In this document: in pieces, positions 57,493-64,000 of the stretch
Layout of the letters: each line of letters opens with the position of its first letter
Position numbering within the stretch: the first letter of the stretch is position 1
From: an uncultured Pelagibacteraceae bacterium
GTDB lineage: Bacteria > Pseudomonadota > Alphaproteobacteria > Pelagibacterales > Pelagibacteraceae
Length of the DNA stretch: 64,000 nt
Assembly: GCA_902601895.1 (NCBI GenBank)
Contig: CACKOU010000005.1
Coordinates: 6,885-70,884, forward strand
Reading direction: 5' to 3'
Notes under the pieces: generated by a model
The model's database searches: none
Seen by the model: only the letters and a program-made list of their open reading frames with translations
What the model was told of the DNA's origin: nothing
Made by a program: the position numbers and the translations under genes

Positions 57493-58602
57493 ATGAAAAA
57501 AAATTTTAGATTTTTTGATAATAGACAAAAATATTTACTTTTTGTTACAACAACTAACGAAAAGAATAAGATTGCAGATGCGTTAAAACCTATTATTCAA
57601 AAATTAAAACCAAAATTTCCAGCATTAAAAATATTTGATGCAGGCATGGGTGATGGATCATTATTGATGAGTATAATGAGACAATGTCATCAGAAAATGC
57701 CTCAAATTCCTCTGCTAGTAAGCACAAAGGAAATAAGCATGGAAGATGTTAGATTAGGACTTGAAAAACTTCCAGATAGATTTGTTGAACATAAAAATAC
57801 AGTATTTGTAATCTCAAATCTAAATTATGTTGAATCAACAGCACTTAAATCAAATAACGAAAAAAAACAAAAAAAAATGAATTGGAAGGTAGTTAAACTT
57901 AAAGGAAATTCTTCACTCGATTTTTCAAATCAATTAAGAAAACTTAATCAAGAATTTTTAAATAAAAAATGGCAAATAGAGAGAAACCCTAAAAATGGAA
58001 ATCCCACATACAAAGAGCCATCAGTGATCGTAATATATAGAAAAGATCAGGAATTTTTACTGAAAAATGTTATTCCAAAAAAAAATTATGGGAAAAATAG
58101 TTACGACTTAATCATTGCATCTCAACCTTATAGATCAAGAATATCTGCAGAGAAAAAAGTAAAGTATGTTATTGATCCAATGATAAAATCATTAAATAAA
58201 AAAGGTAAATTAGTGGTAGTGCATGCATGTGGAAATGATCCAGGAAATAAAATTATTAAGAAAATCTGGCCAAAAGAAAAACCATTTCCTTCACTACACA
58301 ATTCTATAATTCAATATATAAAAAGAAATACAGACAATGAAATTTTGAAAAGTTTAAAATTTAATAAAAAACAAACTATTAAATATGTCCTGCGAGCATT
58401 ACCAAATGAAATTAGAGGTGGTATTGCTACATCATTAATATTTTCAGCATGGAATGCTGCAGTATATGTTAATCAAATATCAGATGAACAAATAATGAAT
58501 GCAGAAAGAAAGAAATATTACCAAAAAGTTGTTAAAGATATTGTCAATAAAAATAAAGGATTATATTTTAACAATGAATTATTTGTAATTGAAAAAAAAT
58601 AA
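57493..58602 (+). CDS. Conserved hypothetical protein, SAM-methyltransferase-like
   Basis: IFDAGMGDG resembles SAM-binding motif I; YDLIIASQPY resembles motif IV. Confidence 0.6.
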   Translation: MKKNFRFFDNRQKYLLFVTTTNEKNKIADALKPIIQKLKPKFPALKIFDAGMGDGSLLMSIMRQCHQKMPQIPLLVSTKEISMEDVRLGLEKLPDRFVEHKNTVFVISNLNYVESTALKSNNEKKQKKMNWKVVKLKGNSSLDFSNQLRKLNQEFLNKKWQIERNPKNGNPTYKEPSVIVIYRKDQEFLLKNVIPKKNYGKNSYDLIIASQPYRSRISAEKKVKYVIDPMIKSLNKKGKLVVVHACGNDPGNKIIKKIWPKEKPFPSLHNSIIQYIKRNTDNEILKSLKFNKKQTIKYVLRALPNEIRGGIATSLIFSAWNAAVYVNQISDEQIMNAERKKYYQKVVKDIVNKNKGLYFNNELFVIEKK

Positions 58603-59619
58603 TTAACTAAACCTATTCTTGTACAAAAAATATATTGATGATGTTATTAATAATATTGAACTAAATTGATGCAAAGACGCGACTAAAATACTTGCGCCAG
58701 ACAAAATTGTAAGTATTCCAAGTAAAATTTGTAATAAAATAATTAGGCCTAAAATAGATACAGCTTTAAATAAATAAAAAATTTTATTTCGATAAGTTAT
58801 ATATGAAATCACAATGAATATAATGAATATTAAATAAGCTAAATTTCGGTGTAAATATTGTACTAGTGATGCATCACTAAAGGCAGTTAATTTAAATAAA
58901 CTTATAAATTTATTATCATCTGGAAAATATGAATTACCCATAAGTGGCCAAGTGTTATATATTTTTCCTGCATCCATACCTGAAACGAATGCACCAATAA
59001 TAATTTGTAAGAAAATTAATAATAAAAAAAATTCAGGTATATAATTATTAATTTTTTTATCTATTTTATTTAAATTTATTAAACTTAAATAATTCCAATA
59101 AACTAACGATAAAATAATAAATGCAAATAAAAGATGAAGTGACAATCTAAAATGACTTACATCTATATTATTCACTAAACCACTCTGAACCATGTACCAA
59201 CCTAAAAGTCCCTGAAAACAAATCAAAAAAAAAATAAAATAAAAATTATAAAGTTTTTTAAAACCTAATTTGATAGAAAAGAAAATTAAAGGTATAAGAA
59301 ATGACAAGCCAATAACGCGTCCAAAAAATCTGTGTGCCCATTCCCACCAAAATATTACCTTGAATTCACTTAAAGTCATTGAATAATTTTGAAGTTTAAA
59401 TTCTGGTATTTGCTTGTAAGCATCAAAATAAGCTATCCATGCATCATTATTGATAGGTGGAAAAAAGCCTTTAAAAAATTCCCATTCAGTAATTGATAGT
59501 CCAGAGTCCGTAAGTCTTGTTAAACCTCCGACGATTATCATCGCTGAGATCAAAATGAACATAACTAGCAACCAATTAGATATGTATATTCTGTATTTTG
59601 TATTTATTTCGGTATACAT
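58603..59619 (-). CDS. ctaA: Heme A synthase (COX15/CtaA type 2)
   Basis: GGLTRLTDSGLSITEW, EWAHR, GWYMVQSG, HR, HQ. Confidence 0.95.
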   Translation of the reverse strand: MYTEINTKYRIYISNWLLVMFILISAMIIVGGLTRLTDSGLSITEWEFFKGFFPPINNDAWIAYFDAYKQIPEFKLQNYSMTLSEFKVIFWWEWAHRFFGRVIGLSFLIPLIFFSIKLGFKKLYNFYFIFFLICFQGLLGWYMVQSGLVNNIDVSHFRLSLHLLFAFIILSLVYWNYLSLINLNKIDKKINNYIPEFFLLLIFLQIIIGAFVSGMDAGKIYNTWPLMGNSYFPDDNKFISLFKLTAFSDASLVQYLHRNLAYLIFIIFIVISYITYRNKIFYLFKAVSILGLIILLQILLGILTILSGASILVASLHQFSSILLITSSIYFLYKNRFS

Positions 59620-59662
59620 AGTTGTTTAAATATAATATTTATTAATAAATCCAATTGATCAA

Positions 59663-59953
59663 ATGTCGCCTGATAAAAGAAAAAAATTAAATATCCTGAG
59701 AAAGAAATTAGATCTACTTGATAATAAGCTTATTAAATTGATAAAAATTAGGACCAATATAGTCAAAGAGGTTCTTAAACTTAAAACATACAAACATGAA
59801 ATTGTTGACAAGAAAAGAATATCAATAATTTTAAAAAATATTAAAAAAAAATCAATTAAAAACAAAATTGATCCAAAGATAACAAATAGAATATGGAAAA
59901 ATATGATTATGTCTTATATTGATTTTGAAAGAAGAAATTTTAAAAATAAATAA
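59663..59953 (+). CDS. Chorismate mutase (AroQ-type)
   Basis: LR.KLD.LD.KLI.L...R; IVDKKR. Confidence 0.85.
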   Translation: MSPDKRKKLNILRKKLDLLDNKLIKLIKIRTNIVKEVLKLKTYKHEIVDKKRISIILKNIKKKSIKNKIDPKITNRIWKNMIMSYIDFERRNFKNK

Positions 59954-59954
59954 A

Positions 59955-60146
59955 TTACTTACTATGAGGTGGTAATTTTTTTTCTACAAAAATTTCATGT
60001 TTTCGTGTTGAAGGATTATATTTCCTAGCTTTTAATTTTACTTTAGCCTTTTCTCCACCAGCTGGCTTCTTAACATAATAAAAAAAAGGACTATCTGGTT
60101 TTGCTTCTGGAACCAATCTTACTTTAATATGGGTTTTTTTTGCCAT
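59955..60146 (-). CDS. rpmG: 50S ribosomal protein L33
   Basis: MAKK..IKVRL...FFY...KL..RKYNP..RKH..F.EKK. Confidence 0.92.
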   Translation of the reverse strand: MAKKTHIKVRLVPEAKPDSPFFYYVKKPAGGEKAKVKLKARKYNPSTRKHEIFVEKKLPPHSK

Positions 60147-60507
60147 GTTTAATTTCTTTTAAAATATTTGAAATTTTTTTAACTTTGTTTTTTAAATTTT
60201 TAGTCGTTATAGATGAATTCATAGGTTCGTCAATGATACTTTCGGTATGATTTAATTGTTTTTTTACACCATTAATTGTCATTCCTTTGACTTTTAATAA
60301 ATATTTTATTTTTTTTAAAATATTTATTGTTTTTTCGTCATAATATCTTCTTTTACCAGCTAAAAGTTTTGGTCTTATTTGTTTAAACTCTTTTTCCCAA
60401 TATCTTAAGGTGTGAGTTGATAATTTACCATTTTTAGTATTAAACAAATTCAGAATTTGGGCTACCTCACTTATATTTTTATAAATACTATCTTTTTTAT
60501 TCATCAT
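60124..60507 (-). CDS. MerR family transcriptional regulator
   Basis: ISEVA...HTLRYWEKEF...RRYY...GMTI.GV; follows ihfA. Confidence 0.9.
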   Translation of the reverse strand: MMNKKDSIYKNISEVAQILNLFNTKNGKLSTHTLRYWEKEFKQIRPKLLAGKRRYYDEKTINILKKIKYLLKVKGMTINGVKKQLNHTESIIDEPMNSSITTKNLKNKVKKISNILKEIKHGKKNPY

Positions 60508-60790
60508 TTAATAAATTTTTGAATTTTTTAGATGCTTTAAACAAAATAACATTTCTCTCTTTTATTTGTTTAATTTCTCTTGTTTTAGGATTCCTGCCAA
60601 CACGTTCTTTTTTTTTTCTTAAGGTAAATGTTCCAAAATTTGATATTTTAACTTTATTACTTTTTTTTAAATTCTTTAAAATTATTTCAAAAATGTCTTC
60701 AAAGATTATTTCTGATATTTTTTTTGAAAAACCAAGTCTCATATAAATTGAGTTAATGATCTCTTTTTTTGTTAAATTATTTCTTATCAT
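60497..60790 (-). CDS. ihfA: Integration host factor alpha
   Basis: VKISNFGTF, RVGRNPKT, FKAS. Confidence 0.92.
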   Translation of the reverse strand: MIRNNLTKKEIINSIYMRLGFSKKISEIIFEDIFEIILKNLKKSNKVKISNFGTFTLRKKKERVGRNPKTREIKQIKERNVILFKASKKFKNLLNDE

Positions 60791-61791
60791 ATATTTTGTT
60801 TTATTTTATCAATTAAATTTCCTTTAATAATTTTTTCACATACTTTCAAAGAGTTATAAAAACCAAATGAATCTGTTGAACCATGACTTTTTATTACTGG
60901 TTTATCTAAACCTAATAATATCGCTCCATTATATAACCTTGGGTCTAATTTTTTTTTAAAATTTCTTAGATTTTTTAAATTAATGATGGAAGATAATTTT
61001 CCTAATAATGAAGATGTTGAAATTTTTTTTAGTTCATTGATTAGAAAATTTGCTGTTCCCTCTGCAGTTTTTAGTGCTATATTACCAGTGAAGCCATCCG
61101 TAACTATTACATTTACATCACCGTTCATTATATGATTTCCCTCAATGTAACCGTAGAACTCAAAAAGAGGATTTTTAATTTCATTAAGCTTTTGGTATGT
61201 ATTTTTAATTATGCTATTTCCTTTTAATTCTTCAGATCCTATATTTAATAAAGCAACTTTAGATATTTCTTGATTGTATAAAGATTTATGAAGAGCAGCG
61301 CCCATAATGCTGAAATCTATAAGATTTTTTTCATTACACTCAATATTTGCACCTAAATCCAACACGACGTTCATCCCATTTTTGTTTGGCCATAGTGCAG
61401 ATAAAGCTGGTTTGTCTATATTGCTAATCATATTTAAATTGAGTTTTGCTATTACAAATAAAGCTCCAGTATTACCAGCTGAAACAATAGCATCAGCATT
61501 ATTATTTTTTAAGCACTCAATTGATTTCCATAAACTTGTGTTCTTACCTTTCTTTGCTGCTGATAAGGCCGTGTCATCATCACTAATTGTTTCATCGGTA
61601 TGATAAATTTCTATAATTTTATGATCAATTGAAAATTTACTAATTAAAGGATTAATTAATTTTTCATCTCCAAAAATTTTATAAAAAACATCATTAGAAC
61701 TTTTTGAATGAAGCTTAATACCTTCTATAACTTTAGCAGGAGAATTATCACCTCCCATTGCATCTATAGCAATAGAAATAGATCTGTTCAT
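60787..61791 (-). CDS. plsX: Phosphate acyltransferase PlsX
   Basis: IDAMGGD, SAGNTGA, LDLGAN, DGFTGN, KSHG. Confidence 0.97.
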   Translation of the reverse strand: MNRSISIAIDAMGGDNSPAKVIEGIKLHSKSSNDVFYKIFGDEKLINPLISKFSIDHKIIEIYHTDETISDDDTALSAAKKGKNTSLWKSIECLKNNNADAIVSAGNTGALFVIAKLNLNMISNIDKPALSALWPNKNGMNVVLDLGANIECNEKNLIDFSIMGAALHKSLYNQEISKVALLNIGSEELKGNSIIKNTYQKLNEIKNPLFEFYGYIEGNHIMNGDVNVIVTDGFTGNIALKTAEGTANFLINELKKISTSSLLGKLSSIINLKNLRNFKKKLDPRLYNGAILLGLDKPVIKSHGSTDSFGFYNSLKVCEKIIKGNLIDKIKQNI

Positions 61792-61798
61792 AAAAATT

Positions 61799-61978
61799 TT
61801 ACTCTTTAGGATCTAAGACTTGTCTTCCTTTGTATGTGCCAGTTTTTAGATCTAAATGATGAGATAATCTGTACTCACCGGTTTTCTTATCTTCAACTAT
61901 ATTTTTTATATTTAAAGCCTGATGTGATCTTCTTTTGCCAGATCTTGATTTTGTAGTTTTGCGTTTAGGTACTGCCAT
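61799..61978 (-). CDS. rpmF: 50S ribosomal protein L32 (59 aa; not in ORF track)
   Basis: Translated by hand: [22 protein letters not shown]...[23 protein letters not shown]; upstream of plsX. Confidence 0.96.
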   Translation of the reverse strand: MAVPKRKTTKSRSGKRRSHQALNIKNIVEDKKTGEYRLSHHLDLKTGTYKGRQVLDPKE

Positions 61979-62453
61979 TATTAAAATCCATATTTATAGT
62001 TTTATTTGTAAAGTTATTTAATGTATTTTCTTTTAAAAAAAAATAAAAATTATCAAAATATTTTCTATAAAACTCATGATTTTTATCAATATTTAGGTGG
62101 TTTTCTAAATTTTTTATTTTATCCATGTCAGTTAATTTATCCCAATTTTCAATAAAAGATAAAATAGCGTAAAAATAATTGGCATACTCTTTCATTTTTT
62201 TATTAACTGATACATCACCATATCCGATCTCTCTAATTGATAAATCAAGTTGTCTGAAGATAAAATCAAACAATTCCTGAGATTTTTTTTTTCCTAAAGA
62301 ATCCTTATATAGTTTAAGAAAAAAGCAAAAATGAAAAAAAAATAACTTTATACGATCTGAGAAAGTATCTATTTTTTCAAGTTTTATATAAAGAATTTTA
62401 TTTCTAGAGATATTTAATAAATTATTATAAATATTAAGATAATTATGCTTCAT
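61965..62453 (-). CDS. Ubiquinol-cytochrome c chaperone (CBP3/UQCC1-like)
   Basis: DTFSDR...FH...Q.LFD.IF..LD.SIREIG.GD.SV.KKMK. Confidence 0.85.
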   Translation of the reverse strand: MKHNYLNIYNNLLNISRNKILYIKLEKIDTFSDRIKLFFFHFCFFLKLYKDSLGKKKSQELFDFIFRQLDLSIREIGYGDVSVNKKMKEYANYFYAILSFIENWDKLTDMDKIKNLENHLNIDKNHEFYRKYFDNFYFFLKENTLNNFTNKTINMDFNNGST

Positions 62454-62918
62454 AGTAAATATATTGTCTTATTACTATCAATCTTCATGTTAGTTGCAAA
62501 CTGTAATAATAAAAAAGTCTCAAGTAATCATGGTTTTAAAGCTTTAGAAATAAAAATGAATAAAATATCTATAAATGAAAGTAATAAAAATGATATATTA
62601 AAAATAATTGGTCCTCCATCATTTAAGAGTAAATTTGACAATAATCTTTGGTTTTATGTTGAACGAAGAAAAACAAACCAACCATTAAGAAAATTAGGTA
62701 TAAAAAAAATTGAAATTAACAATACTTTAGCACTTCAATTTGATAATACTGGTATTTTACAAAATAAAAAAATAGTTAAAAAAGATCAAATGAATGATCT
62801 TAAGTTTTCAAATATCAGCACTCAAAAAGACTTTAAGCAAAATAATTTTTTATTTAATGTTTTTTCCAGTTTAAGAGAAAAAATGAACGCTCCTTCAAAA
62901 AAAAGAATATCTGAATAA
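62445..62918 (+). CDS. bamE: Outer membrane protein assembly factor BamE (lipoprotein)
   Basis: Lipobox-like VANC, HG, IGPPS, WFYV, QFD..G.L. Confidence 0.82.
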   Translation: MLHSKYIVLLLSIFMLVANCNNKKVSSNHGFKALEIKMNKISINESNKNDILKIIGPPSFKSKFDNNLWFYVERRKTNQPLRKLGIKKIEINNTLALQFDNTGILQNKKIVKKDQMNDLKFSNISTQKDFKQNNFLFNVFSSLREKMNAPSKKRISE

Positions 62919-62920
62919 TA

Positions 62921-64000
62921 TTAACCAGCAATAACAGCAAGTAATAATAATGCTACTATGTTAGTAATTTTAATCATTGGGTTTACAGCAGGTCCAGCAG
63001 TGTCTTTGTAAGGATCACCAACTGTATCACCTGTTACAGCAGCCTTGTGAGCTTCAGAACCTTTTCCACCAAATTTACCATCTTCAATATATTTTTTTGC
63101 ATTATCCCAGGCTCCTCCACCAGCTGTCATTGATACGGCAACAAATAAACCTGTTATTATAACACCAAGTAACATTGCACCTACAGATGATAAGGCAGCT
63201 ACTTGACCGCCAATAGGTAAAATTATTAGATACAAAACTATAGGTGACAAAACTGGCAACAATGAAGGTATAACCATTTCTTTTATTGCAGCTTTAGTTA
63301 ATAAATCTACCAATTTCCCATAATCAGGTTTAGATTTTCTCTTCATTATTCCCGGTATTTTTTTAAATTGTCTACGTACTTCAATTACAACAGCACCACC
63401 AGCTCTTCCTACAGCTTGCATGCCCATAGAACCAAAAAGATATGGTAGCATGCCTCCTATTAATAAACCAACTACAACAAAAGGATTTGATAAATCAAAT
63501 GTTACAACTATACCCTCAAGTTTTGAACCTGCTTCTTTTGAAAAATGTTTAATATCTTCAGTGTATGCAGCAAATAAAACCAATGCTCCTAAGCCAGCAG
63601 AACCTATTGCATAACCTTTTGTAACTGCTTTTGTTGTATTTCCAACTGCGTCCAGTGCATCTGTAGTTTTTCTTACATTTTTTGGCAGATTTGACATTTC
63701 AGCGATCCCACCTGCATTATCTGTGACAGGACCATATGCATCAAGTGCTACAACCATACCAGCTAATGCAAGCATAGTTGTTACAGCAATGGCAATACCA
63801 AATAATCCAGCTATTGAATTAGTTAATAAAATACCTGCAACAATTATTATTGCTGGAATTGCTGTTGCCTCCATTGATATAGCTAAACCTTGAATTACAT
63901 TAGTGCCATGACCTGTTGTTGAGGACTCCGCAACACTCTTAACAGGTCTATAATCTGTACCAGTGTAATATTCAGTAATCCAAATTAACAATCCGGTGAT
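62921..64000 (-). CDS. hppA: Membrane-integral proton-translocating pyrophosphatase, K+-independent type; 3' part only
   Basis: [25 protein letters not shown] (Lys determinant), [23 protein letters not shown]; the frame runs off the window end. Confidence 0.96.
   Translation of the reverse strand: MTGLLIWITEYYTGTDYRPVKSVAESSTTGHGTNVIQGLAISMEATAIPAIIIVAGILLTNSIAGLFGIAIAVTTMLALAGMVVALDAYGPVTDNAGGIAEMSNLPKNVRKTTDALDAVGNTTKAVTKGYAIGSAGLGALVLFAAYTEDIKHFSKEAGSKLEGIVVTFDLSNPFVVVGLLIGGMLPYLFGSMGMQAVGRAGGAVVIEVRRQFKKIPGIMKRKSKPDYGKLVDLLTKAAIKEMVIPSLLPVLSPIVLYLIILPIGGQVAALSSVGAMLLGVIITGLFVAVSMTAGGGAWDNAKKYIEDGKFGGKGSEAHKAAVTGDTVGDPYKDTAGPAVNPMIKITNIVALLLLAVIAG

Noticed and set aside
62921-64000. Na+-translocating / K+-dependent pyrophosphatase call
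   Set aside because: GNTTKA carries the Lys diagnostic of K+-independent H+-PPases

Overview
A very AT-rich, extremely gene-dense stretch of an alphaproteobacterial chromosome. Gene content, gene order and near-zero intergenic spacing point to SAR11 / Ca. Pelagibacter; this is an inference, as no marker search was run. Most of the window is core housekeeping: dgt-argS-nagZ-scpAB-tatABC-serS-yajC-secDF, uvrA/ssb-gyrA-coaD-ppi-tgt, recG, rarD-mltB-rlpA-dacA-tmk-holB-metG-tatD, nhaA, sbmA/bacA-like, glpX, hom, argC, rplM-rpsI, metY, ctaA, rpmG, ihfA-plsX-rpmF, bamE and hppA, plus four tRNAs (Lys, Ser, Pro, Glu). A small surface-glycan cluster (two GMD paralogues, a His-type ColD-like dehydratase, several glycosyltransferases) follows tRNA-Glu. 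The most interesting region is 47.7-50.0 kb. It holds a solitary Cre-like tyrosine recombinase with a loxP-like site (14-bp inverted arms, 7-bp spacer) 3 bp upstream of its start codon and overlapping its predicted promoter. It lies where the dominant gene orientation flips from + to - (terminus-like), making it a candidate single-recombinase, XerCD-independent chromosome-dimer-resolution system. Next to it are an unannotated 59-aa membrane protein, a ~190-nt highly structured pseudoknotted ncRNA (IMES-like) upstream of an ogt gene, and a 530-bp gene-free AT-rich tract.
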